DNA of 64,000 nt from a bacterium. Its GTDB lineage: Bacteria > UBA8248. The notes under the pieces were generated by a model, which made no database searches, was not told the origin of the DNA, and worked only from the letters and a program-made list of their open reading frames with translations. The stretch is taken from NCBI GenBank assembly GCA_965261085.1, contig OZ253442.1, positions 1,792,001 through 1,856,000 of the forward strand. The letters run 5' to 3'. This document shows positions 1 through 9,133 of the stretch, piece by piece; the first letter of the stretch is position 1, and each line of letters opens with the position of its first letter. The position numbers were made by a program, and so were the translations under genes.

Positions 1-1
1 C

Positions 2-358
2 GGCCTGACGGTCGGGCGCGTCCGCTACGTGGATCGCCCCGGTTCGCTGCGAGGCTCCATCGTTTTTCAAATACCGCCGCAGGGGCGGCGCGTCCTGGTG
101 GGCCACCGGGTGCATGTGGACGTGGCGCGCGGCGCGGACCAGATTGCGGGGAATTTCATCGTCTTGCGCTACCGCGTGCCGCACGGAAAACCCAGGCGCA
201 CGCTTCGCGTGGAAATGGAATCGAACGGCGAGACGCGAGAGGAACTCTCCCGCGAGGTGAGCGCGGGCGAGGAGATTCATCTGCTGGTGCGGGTGAAGGG
301 TGCAGCTATGGCGCGTATATTTCTGGATGGCCGTCTGGTCGAAGAGCAACAGCACTAG
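2..358 (+). CDS. PASTA domain-containing protein (3' part, truncated by window start)
   Basis: Frame is open from base 2: GLTVGRVRYVDRPGSLRGSIVFQIPPQGRRVLVGHRVHVDVARG fits the PASTA repeat pattern. Lies directly upstream of rpe, a common arrangement. Confidence 0.65.
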   Translation, partial: GLTVGRVRYVDRPGSLRGSIVFQIPPQGRRVLVGHRVHVDVARGADQIAGNFIVLRYRVPHGKPRRTLRVEMESNGETREELSREVSAGEEIHLLVRVKGAAMARIFLDGRLVEEQQH

Positions 359-373
359 GAGAGAGGAATCGAT

Positions 374-1051
374 ATGTCCAAGCCGGATATGGCGCCTGGG
401 AAAATACGGGTGGCGCCCTCTTTGCTCTCCTGTTCTTTCGAGAAGATGGGTGAAGAGATAGCGGCGATGCGCGAAGCCGGAGCGGACTGGCTGCATTTCG
501 ACGTGATGGACGGCCATTTCGTCCCCAACATTTCCGTGGGGCCTTTGGGTGTCCAGGCGGCCAGGAGAGCTTCGCCCGACATGGTGCTCGACGTGCATTT
601 GATGATCGCGGATCCGGATCGCTACATCGAAGCGTTTGCGGATGCGGGCGCGGACATTTTGACGGTTCACGTGGAGGCCCCGACGCACATTCACCGAACC
701 CTCGAGAGCATACGCGGGCTTGGTTTGGGGGTCGGACTGACGCTCAACCCCGGAACGCCGCTTTCGGCGATAGAAGGCCTGTTGCCAGAAGTGGATATGG
801 CCCTCGTCATGAGCGTCAATCCAGGCTTTGGCGGGCAGAAATTCATCCCGGCCTCCCTGGATCGGATTCGGTGTCTGAGGGGGATGATTGAGGAGCAGGG
901 GGCTTCGGTTCTGATAGAGATCGACGGCGGCGTAACGCCGCAAAATGCGGCGGATGTACGCGCAGCGGGCGCAGAGGCGCTGGTGGCCGGTTCCGCCGTG
1001 TTCGGGGCGAAAGACTATGCGGAGGCCATACGCGGCATCAGGGGCGGTTGA
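374..1051 (+). CDS. rpe: Ribulose-phosphate 3-epimerase
   Basis: APSLLS, HFDVMDGHFVPN, DVHLMI, MSVNPGFGGQKF and IDGG motifs. Confidence 0.97.
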   Translation: MSKPDMAPGKIRVAPSLLSCSFEKMGEEIAAMREAGADWLHFDVMDGHFVPNISVGPLGVQAARRASPDMVLDVHLMIADPDRYIEAFADAGADILTVHVEAPTHIHRTLESIRGLGLGVGLTLNPGTPLSAIEGLLPEVDMALVMSVNPGFGGQKFIPASLDRIRCLRGMIEEQGASVLIEIDGGVTPQNAADVRAAGAEALVAGSAVFGAKDYAEAIRGIRGG

Positions 1052-1074
1052 GGTTTGATGTGAGCGGGCCTCTC

Positions 1075-1468
1075 GGGGCTGTTGAAAAATTCCTGATTTC
1101 GTGACTCGGCGTATGTAGCCGACCGGGGAGGGAGGAGACAACACTCCCCCCTTGAGGGGAATTTCCTCTGCAGAGAAAAATCTATATTCACTCCCCCCTT
1201 GAGGGGGAGTCGGCAAGGCAAGGACGGAGTCCGCAGCCGCGCCGGTTGGGGGGTGCTTATATTTTGTGCGTACCCTACATTTTAGAATCATACCCCCCAC
1301 CAGTTCGCTTGCGGGCTTAAGCCCTTAGCTCACGGACTCCCCCTCAAGGGGGGAGTGTTGTCTCCTCCCGCATCGGTTGGCAATGCCGCTTCATGGGGGA
1401 GTCATTTCATAAGCGTATGTCGATTGAGAAATCCATTCCCTGTATTTGGGGGCTATTTCAACAACCCC
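1075..1468. mobile_element. MITE-like non-autonomous element with nested internal inverted repeats
   Basis: Imperfect terminal inverted repeats GGGGCTGTTGAAAAA (1075-1089) and TATTTCAACAACCCC (1454-1468). Perfect 30-bp internal inverted repeat at 1130-1159 / 1340-1369. No credible ORF inside. Confidence 0.6.
1130..1369. repeat. REP-like palindromic units CTCCCCCCTTGAGGGG in inverted arrangement
   Basis: Forward copies at about 1143-1159 and 1189-1211, inverted copy at about 1335-1357. Each unit is self-complementary. Confidence 0.85.
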
Positions 1469-1528
1469 CTATCGTGGCGGCTTTTTTCATTTGGCCTTGG
1501 ACGGAGTGGCCGGGCGATCTATACGTGG

Positions 1529-1558
1529 TTGACACTTGAGGCATAAAATCCTTATAAG
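1529..1558 (+). promoter_or_regulatory. Putative sigma70 promoter of the ffh operon
   Basis: TTGACA (1529-1534), 18 nt spacer, TATAAG (1553-1558). Confidence 0.45.
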
Positions 1559-1630
1559 TTGGGTTTCCTCACTCGGCCTTGTGGGTGGAAATTCGAAAAC
1601 ATATTGAATATCAATTAGTTGGGGTGTTCG

Positions 1631-2965
1631 ATGTTTGATGGCTTGAAAGAGCGTCTGGGCGGTATCTTCAAGGACTTGAGAAGCCGGGGCGTATTGGGAG
1701 AAAAACAGGTCGATTCCGCGCTTCGCGAGATTCGCCTGGCGCTGCTCGAAGCCGACGTGAACTTCCGGGTCGCCAAGGAATTGGTGGCGAAAATCCGCGA
1801 AGATTTGCTTGGTGTGGAGCGCGTTGCGCACCTCGATCCTTCCCAGCAGGTCATCAAGACGGTTCAGAATCGTCTTACGGAACTCATGGGGACCAAGAGC
1901 GCTCCGCTCGAGCGCGCCACGAGCGGCGTCACCACCGTGATGCTTGTCGGCCTGCAGGGTTCGGGCAAAACGACGACAGCCGGCAAGATCGCACTAAGAT
2001 TAAGAGGCAAGGGGTTGCGCGTTCTTCTCGTGCCTGCGGACGTCGCGCGGCCGGCGGCCATCGCCCAGCTCAAGAGGCTGGCTGAACAGACGGGCGCCGA
2101 CGCATTCGATTCGGAAGGCATGTCGGATCCCGTGGAAATCGTCCGGCGAGCTTCCGAAAAAGCCCGGCTCGAGCATTTCGATTATTGCATCGTGGACAGC
2201 GCGGGCCGGCTGCACATCGATGATGCGTTGATGGACGAGTTGAAGCAGATGAAAGAAGCGGCGCGGCCCGACGAGGTGCTCCTGGTTGCCGATGCGATGA
2301 CGGGCCAGGAGGCGGTGAACCTGGGACAAGCGTTTTCCGAGCGAATCGGCATCACGGGCGTCGTGCTCACGAAGCTGGACGGAGACGCCAGAGGCGGCGG
2401 CGCCCTCTCGCTGCGCTCGGTGACGGGCGTGCCCGTCAAGATGGTCGGTGTGGGCGAGAAGCTCGATGCGCTCGAGGAGTTTCATCCCGAGAGGATGGCC
2501 TCGCGCATTCTGGGCATGGGGGACGTCATGTCCCTCATCGAGAAGGCTGAAGCCGCCATCTCCCCCGATGAGGCGCAATCCATGGTGGAATCCCTCGGCA
2601 AGGGTTCGTTCACCCTGGTGACGATGAAAGAGCAGATTCTTCAGATGCGGAAGATGGGTTCGATGGGCGAGGTCATGTCCATGATACCGGGGCTGGGAAA
2701 CAAGATGCCCGACGTGGATATCGACGATAAGGAACTCTCGCGCACGGTGGCCATCATCGATTCGATGACGCCCACCGAGCGCATGAAGCCTGAAATCATC
2801 AAGGGCAGCCGCAGAAAGCGCATCGCCACCGGGAGCGGAACCCGGGTGCAGGACGTGAACCGTCTGCTCAAGCAATTCTCGCAAACGCAGAAACTGATGA
2901 AGCAATTTTCCAGGGGCGGCAAGAAAAAACAGATGCAGAGAATGCGTCAAATGCTTAATTTTTAA
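1631..2965 (+). CDS. ffh: Signal recognition particle protein
   Basis: [25 protein letters not shown] motifs and a Met-rich M domain. ATG 1631 preferred over TTG 1619. Confidence 0.97.
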   Translation: MFDGLKERLGGIFKDLRSRGVLGEKQVDSALREIRLALLEADVNFRVAKELVAKIREDLLGVERVAHLDPSQQVIKTVQNRLTELMGTKSAPLERATSGVTTVMLVGLQGSGKTTTAGKIALRLRGKGLRVLLVPADVARPAAIAQLKRLAEQTGADAFDSEGMSDPVEIVRRASEKARLEHFDYCIVDSAGRLHIDDALMDELKQMKEAARPDEVLLVADAMTGQEAVNLGQAFSERIGITGVVLTKLDGDARGGGALSLRSVTGVPVKMVGVGEKLDALEEFHPERMASRILGMGDVMSLIEKAEAAISPDEAQSMVESLGKGSFTLVTMKEQILQMRKMGSMGEVMSMIPGLGNKMPDVDIDDKELSRTVAIIDSMTPTERMKPEIIKGSRRKRIATGSGTRVQDVNRLLKQFSQTQKLMKQFSRGGKKKQMQRMRQMLNF

Positions 2966-2976
2966 GGAGAAATACT

Positions 2977-3222
2977 TTGGCCGTAAAGATCAGACTTGCC
3001 CGCGGGGGTATGAAAAAAGCGCCGCGCTACCGCGTCGTCGTGCAGGATGAGCGCATGCCGCGCGATGGTCGTTTCATCGAAAGCATCGGCCGCTACGATC
3101 CGTCGCAAGACCCCGCATTCGTTCATATCGATCTCGAGAAGGCGAAGGCCTGGATGGAGAAGGGCGCCATTCCGACCCGGACGGTCAAGAACCTTCTCGA
3201 CAGGGCGGGCATCAACGATTAG
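2977..3222 (+). CDS. rpsP: 30S ribosomal protein S16
   Basis: [11 protein letters not shown]...[15 protein letters not shown]; TTG start after AAGGAG. Confidence 0.97.
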   Translation: MAVKIRLARGGMKKAPRYRVVVQDERMPRDGRFIESIGRYDPSQDPAFVHIDLEKAKAWMEKGAIPTRTVKNLLDRAGIND

Positions 3223-3231
3223 GGACGCCCC

Positions 3232-3738
3232 GTGAGCGGCAAGGTGGCCGTGGGCGTCGCACTCAAGCCGCACGGTCTCAAAGGCGCCGTCCGGGTGGAG
3301 CCCTGGATCGATGGCTTGGACGCCTACGGGCGAATCGAAGAAGTCTTCTCACAGGATGAGCCTTCGAGAAGATTCGAGGTGGCGGTCTGCCACCGGGGCG
3401 GCAGGGGAGCCGTTGTCTGGAAGTTTGCGGGAATCGACACCCCCGAAGACGCCGAGGCGCTGCGGGGGATTGTTTTTCTGGCGGACAGAAAATTCCTGGA
3501 TGGCCCCGATGAGGGGGTTCTCTATTTCGAGGATTTCGAAGGCTGCGAAATCGCCGACGAACAGGGGCGTCTTCTCGGGCGTGTGGTGGACATGTTCGGA
3601 GCCGGCGGAAACGACGTTATCGTCATCCGCGCGCCGGGGGGAGAAGAGTTGCTCATGCCCGCAACGCGCGAGGTCGTATTGAGGCGCGAGGACGGGCGCT
3701 GGATTTTCCGTCCGCCTAAGCTCGATGTCGAGGATTGA
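3232..3738 (+). CDS. rimM: 16S rRNA processing protein RimM
   Basis: KPHGLKGAVRV motif and PRC barrel (GGNDVIVI); lies between rpsP and trmD. Confidence 0.92.
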   Translation: MSGKVAVGVALKPHGLKGAVRVEPWIDGLDAYGRIEEVFSQDEPSRRFEVAVCHRGGRGAVVWKFAGIDTPEDAEALRGIVFLADRKFLDGPDEGVLYFEDFEGCEIADEQGRLLGRVVDMFGAGGNDVIVIRAPGGEELLMPATREVVLRREDGRWIFRPPKLDVED

Positions 3739-3747
3739 GGAGTTTCC

Positions 3748-4476
3748 ATGCGCATCGACATTCTTTCCGTGCTTCCTCGCATGGTGGAAGAGGCGTTCCG
3801 GGAGGGCGTCGTGGGACGCGCGGTCCAGCAGGGCGTTCTGGAGCTGAAGGTCTGGAATTTGCGCGATTTCGCCGAGGGGAAATATCAACAGACCGACGAC
3901 GCTCCCTTCGGCGGCGGAGCGGGCATGGTCATGAAGCCGGAACCCATCTTGAAGGGCGTTCGGGCGATTCGCGAAGACGGCGATGCCGAACCGCTCAAGG
4001 TCCTGCTCACGCCGCAGGGGCGGTTGTTCGATCAGGCGGCCGCGCACAGGTTCTCCAAGTCTCCCAGGCTGCTCCTCATCTGCGGGCGCTACGAGGGCGT
4101 GGACGAGAGGGTGAGCGAATTGTGCGTGGATGAGGAGATCTCCATCGGCGACTACGTGCTCTCGGGAGGGGAGATTCCTGCCATGGCCGTCATCGACGCC
4201 GTCGGCAGGCTCATACCCGGCGTGTTGGGCAACGATGATTCGGCGGCGCAGGACAGCTTCACGGATGGCCTGCTCGATCATCCCCACTACACTCGGCCGG
4301 CGGAGTTCGAGGGAATCCGCGCGCCCGACGTGCTCTTGTCCGGTGACCACGAGGCGGTTCGCCTCTGGAGGAGGCGCCAGGCGCTCGAAAGAACGCGCGA
4401 AAGGCGAGAGGATCTGTTCGAGCGGGCCGAATTGAGTGATGAAGATTTGCGCTTGCTGAAATCTCCGCGGACTTAA
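3748..4476 (+). CDS. trmD: tRNA (guanine37-N1)-methyltransferase
   Basis: DDAPFGGGAGMVMKPEP, CGRYEGVDER, SIGDYVLSGGE and PHYTRP motifs. Confidence 0.97.
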   Translation: MRIDILSVLPRMVEEAFREGVVGRAVQQGVLELKVWNLRDFAEGKYQQTDDAPFGGGAGMVMKPEPILKGVRAIREDGDAEPLKVLLTPQGRLFDQAAAHRFSKSPRLLLICGRYEGVDERVSELCVDEEISIGDYVLSGGEIPAMAVIDAVGRLIPGVLGNDDSAAQDSFTDGLLDHPHYTRPAEFEGIRAPDVLLSGDHEAVRLWRRRQALERTRERREDLFERAELSDEDLRLLKSPRT

Positions 4477-4481
4477 AAAGA

Positions 4482-5063
4482 TTGGGAGTATTGGGCAACG
4501 TCTATCTCGCGCTGATCCACTACCCTGTGCTCAATCGCGAAGGCGGCGTGGTGACCTCTTCGGTCACGGGCCTCGATATGCACGATCTCGCCCGCGTGGG
4601 CCGCACCTATGGCGTCTCGGGCGTATTTGTGGTACATCCTTCTGCTCCCCAGCGGGCGTTCGTCGAGCGGGTGATAGGGCATTTCGTAGAGGGCCCGGGC
4701 CGCACGTTGCACCCGCAAAGGAGCGAGACGCTCGAATTCCTGGAAGTTCTGCCGTCTTTGGATGTGCTCATCGAAGAGGTGGAACGCAAGGAATCAAAAA
4801 AGCCGCGATGCGTGGCCACGACGGCCAGGCGAGTCCCGGGCGCCGTGGGGTATGAAGCGCTGCGCGGCGAGATGAAGGAGATGGACGCCCCGTTCATCGT
4901 TTTGTTCGGCACGAGTTGGGGTCTGGCGGATGAGGTGTTGGAGATGTCCGAGGTGGTTTTGCTTCCCGTGGAGGCGGAAGATGATACGGGTTTCAACCAT
5001 CTGTCGGTTCGCGGTGCGGCGGCGATTGTGGTAGATCGCATTCTCGGCAAAAGAGAGGTATAG
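4482..5063 (+). CDS. SPOUT RNA methyltransferase (TrmD-associated C-terminal-domain family)
   Basis: YLALIHYPV, DMHDLARVGRTYG, LFGTSWGL and FNHLSVRGAAAI motifs. Start uncertain (TTG 4482 or 4491). Confidence 0.8.
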   Translation: MGVLGNVYLALIHYPVLNREGGVVTSSVTGLDMHDLARVGRTYGVSGVFVVHPSAPQRAFVERVIGHFVEGPGRTLHPQRSETLEFLEVLPSLDVLIEEVERKESKKPRCVATTARRVPGAVGYEALRGEMKEMDAPFIVLFGTSWGLADEVLEMSEVVLLPVEAEDDTGFNHLSVRGAAAIVVDRILGKREV

Positions 5064-5093
5064 TGCCGATTTTCCAGTACAAGGAGCGGGCAG

Positions 5094-5441
5094 GTGAACA
5101 TTATCGATAAAATTGAGCGCGAGGGCATGCGCAAGGACGTTCCCGAATTCGATTCGGGAGATACGGTGCGCGTTCACGTGAAAATCGTCGAGGGCGACAA
5201 AGAGCGCATCCAGGTGTTCGAGGGCGTCGTCATGGGAAGGCAGGGCGGCGGTCTTCGCGAAAGATTTCGCGTTCGCAAACTCTCGTACGGAATCGGCGTG
5301 GAGCGCATCTTCCCGTTGCATTCCCCGAGAGTCGACAAGATAGAAATCACCCGAAGAGGCCGCGTGCGCCGTGCGAAGCTCTACTACTTGAGAGATCGAA
5401 AGGGCAAGGCGGCCCAGGTGAAAGAGCGGCGCAGAAGATAA
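5094..5441 (+). CDS. rplS: 50S ribosomal protein L19
   Basis: [30 protein letters not shown] and RRAKLYYLR motifs. Confidence 0.98.
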   Translation: MNIIDKIEREGMRKDVPEFDSGDTVRVHVKIVEGDKERIQVFEGVVMGRQGGGLRERFRVRKLSYGIGVERIFPLHSPRVDKIEITRRGRVRRAKLYYLRDRKGKAAQVKERRRR

Positions 5442-5601
5442 AACAAAACGGAATTTCCCGTTTTCGGGTCTCAATATCTATTCTTGTCCATCGCCGTTTG
5501 TTCCACTAGAATTTCTCCCGCCCAACATATAGACGCGCAACAGGACCCGATTCAGGCGTAGTGCGTTTCAATCTTAACTCTTACGAGGGGAGCATAAGAA
5601 A

Positions 5602-6483
5602 ATGGGACGAATTTCGGCGGTTTTGCTCACGACAATTCTTCTATTCGGGTGTGGAGGAGATGAGAAGTCCAAAGCTCCCGCCGCCATGCCTGGAAACGGC
5701 TCGGATACGGGCGTCGTGCTGGATGAGCGTGCGGCGTTGTCCATAAGCAACAGTTATCTTCGCGTTCAAGCTGCTCCGGGGCTGCCACCTGCGGAATTGA
5801 CTCTCGAATCGCAATGCGACGGGCAGTCCTGCACGATTACGGAACCGCGTACAGGTATCAGTGAATCCGTATCTCTGCAGGAACTCCAATCTACCGACAC
5901 GGACAGCATAGAGAATCTAAGACAGGTAGTACATTTCAGCCTGACGAAGAGGGACGTCGCCGTCTATGGTGGCTCCGTCGGCTTCGAATTGGGGGAGGGC
6001 AGTTCCGTCCACGCCACGGCTTATGGCGGCTGGATGGTCTACAACTATTTCCTCGCGGCTTGGGGAGACTATTCCGATACGACCTACCCGTCGGCCGAAG
6101 TCGGCGTGGGGCTTTCCGTGGGCAACGCGACGGGAAGCCATCCCGACGCGTCGGCTACCTATAACGGCCTCATTCTCGGCGTGGACACCGCAGGAGCCGA
6201 CCAGGGCGACGCTGTGGAAGGAGATGCAACGCTTGAGTTCAGCATGGCGAATCCCGGAGGCGCTCAAATGGATGTCTCTTTCACCAACATAACGAATCGA
6301 ACAACGAAAAGTGCATATAACCCCATCGAATGGAGCAACATCCAGGTCCGGGCCGACGGGACTTTCAATAAGAGAAACGACATGGAAAAAATCCACGGGA
6401 GCTTTTACGGGCCGAATCACGAAGAGATAGGCGGCACTTTCAATCGAGACGGCGTCACCGGCGCTTACGGCGCAAAGAGGTAG
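5602..6483 (+). CDS. Lipoprotein with transferrin-binding-protein-like (TbpB/HphA-type) C-terminal beta-barrel
   Basis: Lipobox LLFGC. ATYNG start of the barrel and C-terminal GSFYGPNHEEIGGTF...GAYGAKR signature. Confidence 0.75.
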   Translation: MGRISAVLLTTILLFGCGGDEKSKAPAAMPGNGSDTGVVLDERAALSISNSYLRVQAAPGLPPAELTLESQCDGQSCTITEPRTGISESVSLQELQSTDTDSIENLRQVVHFSLTKRDVAVYGGSVGFELGEGSSVHATAYGGWMVYNYFLAAWGDYSDTTYPSAEVGVGLSVGNATGSHPDASATYNGLILGVDTAGADQGDAVEGDATLEFSMANPGGAQMDVSFTNITNRTTKSAYNPIEWSNIQVRADGTFNKRNDMEKIHGSFYGPNHEEIGGTFNRDGVTGAYGAKR

Positions 6484-6842
6484 GTGATTCTTCCGGCTTA
6501 GAAGAAATTCGTTCACTCGACCCAGGAAACGCTAGCGCACCGTGACGACGCGAGCAAAAGAATGCGACCCGCCGCGCGAAGCTCTAAGACTTGAGAGATT
6601 GCAAAGGTAAGGTAGTTACGATTTTCTCCTTTTCAAAAGACGATGTGTAGTCACGGCATTTGCTGTTGCTAATTGGTTGGAGTAGCAATTCGGTTTGACG
6701 GGTCGAAAATCTATCCGATGTCATATTCTTCATCGATTAACTCTTCGAAATTTGTGCTATAAACCACAAGGGATTAATGTATCCCAGAGTGAATAGATTT
6801 TTTTACTTTCACGAAAATGTGGGGGTGTAGGGGGAAATAATA

Positions 6843-7097
6843 ATGGAAAGAAGAAAAAAGGTGCGAGATAGCAAAGGTGTCGAAACGGAAGGAATTGTAG
6901 TTGGCGTAGTAGAGTCTACGGAACGTTGGAGTGATGTGCTTCTTGAGGATGGCACGAGGTTAAGCGTCAAAGTAAATATTGCGGAGGCGATCCGTGTTGA
7001 CAACGATTATGATGCAGACGGAAATCCTGTTTATGCCATCGCTAGTAGCCTTATATCGAGAGTTGTGGATATAGATGAAAAATATAAACGGAAATAA
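6843..7097 (+). CDS. Hypothetical small beta-rich protein
   Basis: 84 aa with a purine-rich RBS (GGGGGA). First gene of an AT-rich three-gene run; contains ERWSDVLLEDGT and DADGNPVY. Confidence 0.7.
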   Translation: MERRKKVRDSKGVETEGIVVGVVESTERWSDVLLEDGTRLSVKVNIAEAIRVDNDYDADGNPVYAIASSLISRVVDIDEKYKRK

Positions 7098-7112
7098 TGA
7101 ATAGAGGCTAAG

Positions 7113-7667
7113 ATGAAAGTTAATATTCCACTTGAAATCACCTATCCCTTTGATGTTTCTCGCACTCCAATCGGGATGCGAAAAATTGAACCTGAGATAA
7201 GTATCCCTAATGAAATAGTCACCCCCGATGTACAGCCAGACTCTACCGAATGGCCTTTTGAAATTGTTTGTCCGAAGACGATACATGAAATTTATGAGAA
7301 ACGAATTGAAGAATTGAATGTGTTTGCTTCAGAAGAAGAAGATCATCCTGGTGTGAGGGATGAATCAACAGGGGACTTTTGGAAATTCATGGGTTCGGTT
7401 TTTTTTGAACAAGAAGTAAGTGTGGTGCTTATGGATAATGGTAATTTGGGTGCCACATGGGAAATGGATAACGAAGGGAAAAATGTAATCGAAATAGATT
7501 TTCTTGGTGAAAATCTAGCGAATTATTTACTTGTAAGAGAAGGAGCATCCCTCCCCCAAATATTTCATGCCTCCGGCACTGATACTCTAGAAGGGGTCAA
7601 GGAACAAATTAGAGTCTTCATCAAACAGATGCCGGAAAGTGATTATGCCCTACGATTTATTGAATGA
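7113..7667 (+). CDS. Hypothetical acidic protein (candidate antitoxin/partner)
   Basis: 184 aa, GAGG RBS, Pro-rich N-terminus and acidic body. Overlaps the next gene. Confidence 0.7.
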   Translation: MKVNIPLEITYPFDVSRTPIGMRKIEPEISIPNEIVTPDVQPDSTEWPFEIVCPKTIHEIYEKRIEELNVFASEEEDHPGVRDESTGDFWKFMGSVFFEQEVSVVLMDNGNLGATWEMDNEGKNVIEIDFLGENLANYLLVREGASLPQIFHASGTDTLEGVKEQIRVFIKQMPESDYALRFIE

Positions 7668-8064
7668 TTCCCACAATGTTGTGCGCTATGTAAAGCCCTC
7701 ATTAGTCGGAAAAAACCAGAAGATCGATAGCCGAGCTTTTGAACTTCGTGAAACGGATGACGGTTTGTCCGTGAATTGGCTCGAATACTTCGAGGGAAAA
7801 ACGAAAGAGCAACAGTTGGAGGAAGTAAAAGCGCATTGCGAATTGACAATAAGCAAAAATGGAAAGTTCGCTGAACTTAGTGTAGGAGAAACGAAACAAA
7901 GTCTTGCCGAATATGAGGAGTCTGTTTGTTTCGTGCGGAAACCTACAGAATCTGACCCCTCGCATTGCGAGCTTTTTTTTAGCAGACATAGAAAAATGGC
8001 TGAAAGGTTGCGAAGACGTTTGTTATTGAGTTGTATAAAGACGATTCATCCAGTCCCAAGTTAG
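7645..8064 (+). CDS. Hypothetical protein, putative ADP-ribosyltransferase-like fold
   Basis: Motif order VVRY...AF.LR...GLSVNW...DPSHCE resembles the R-S-(H/E) arrangement of ART-fold toxins. ATG 7645 overlaps the upstream gene by 23 nt. The function is inferred. Confidence 0.6.
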   Translation: MPYDLLNDSHNVVRYVKPSLVGKNQKIDSRAFELRETDDGLSVNWLEYFEGKTKEQQLEEVKAHCELTISKNGKFAELSVGETKQSLAEYEESVCFVRKPTESDPSHCELFFSRHRKMAERLRRRLLLSCIKTIHPVPS

Positions 8065-8075
8065 ACTTTCCCTAC

Positions 8076-9113
8076 TCAACCCTCCAGGAAATTCTGCACC
8101 TCGTTGTATAAAGCCTCGCGGCGCCATTCGTACTGGGCGAAATGCGTGGCGTCGCCCAGGACGACCGAGCGCTTCCCGCGGCTGTTGACGAGCGCGCGGT
8201 ACACGGCGGCGAAAATGGGGTCGGTCGAGCTTCTGTCGTGATCCCCCCGGATGGTCAGAACCGGACAGGTGATTCTGCTCGCATCGTAAAGCGGCTTGTT
8301 GCGCGCGCGGTCGTAGCCGTCCGCCATCGCGCCGTTGGGCACGCGGACGGCAGGGGTTTTTCTGCGCGCGCCTTCGGGGTCGAATTTGAGTTGTTCGCTC
8401 CAGAAGCGCTTGATCGCCTTTTCGGTTCTCCATTTCTCGTGCTGCCCCTTGGGGATGCTGCCGTCCCAGCGCTCGCGCTGGTAGGCTTCCGTGACCCAGC
8501 GCCACGCCCCCTTTCGAGGGTCCCAGCGTCCGGGGCGCGCGGGGTCTTCCGAGAGGGCCGCCGCCTGGGGGTTGTCGTATGCGTAAAACGGAGCGTAGAG
8601 CGCGAGGTGGCGGATGCGTGCCTGTTTTCCGGCCGTGAAGGCGGCCGTGGTCGTCGTGCCCCACGACCAGCCGAGGAGGTTCAGCTTGTTGATGGCGTTT
8701 TGCTCGCAGATGAATCGCACGGCGGCGTCGATGTCGCGCACCGCGGTGATTCCCCTTACGGCCGGCGGTTGGCCTGCGGGGCTTTTCAGCATTTCCGGGG
8801 GCCGCGTGGAGGGGCCGTATCCCCGGATGCAAAGGGCGTAGACGTGAAAACCACGAGCGGCGGCGAAATCCATCCACGAGTAGCCGGGCAGCGGCAGGTC
8901 GAAGGCGACGGGCGCCGGGGTGCTTTGCCCGTGCACCATGAGCAGCGTGTCGGCCGCTTCCGACTTCTGCATTCCGAGTGGTTTTTTTTCTCTCAAATGC
9001 AGCTTGATGCCTTCGTCGTGCGAGTCGATGAGGTGGTCTTTTTGAAAAATGTCTTTCTTTGCCAATGTATTTTCTCCAGTCGGTATTTTCTTCGGTTCAG
9101 GGAATATATTCAT
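8076..9113 (-). CDS. Alpha/beta fold hydrolase
   Basis: LMVHG oxyanion motif, GWSWG nucleophile elbow, GDHD and GDATH catalytic triad positions. Start uncertain. Confidence 0.85.
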   Translation of the reverse strand: MNIFPEPKKIPTGENTLAKKDIFQKDHLIDSHDEGIKLHLREKKPLGMQKSEAADTLLMVHGQSTPAPVAFDLPLPGYSWMDFAAARGFHVYALCIRGYGPSTRPPEMLKSPAGQPPAVRGITAVRDIDAAVRFICEQNAINKLNLLGWSWGTTTTAAFTAGKQARIRHLALYAPFYAYDNPQAAALSEDPARPGRWDPRKGAWRWVTEAYQRERWDGSIPKGQHEKWRTEKAIKRFWSEQLKFDPEGARRKTPAVRVPNGAMADGYDRARNKPLYDASRITCPVLTIRGDHDRSSTDPIFAAVYRALVNSRGKRSVVLGDATHFAQYEWRREALYNEVQNFLEG

Positions 9114-9133
9114 CTTCTCAGATTTTCGGGCAT

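Noticed and set aside
1470-1630. SRP RNA (ffs) upstream of ffh
   Set aside because: No SRP domain IV signature (CAGG...GNRA loop...AGCAG) is visible; only a promoter-like sequence and a weak hairpin.
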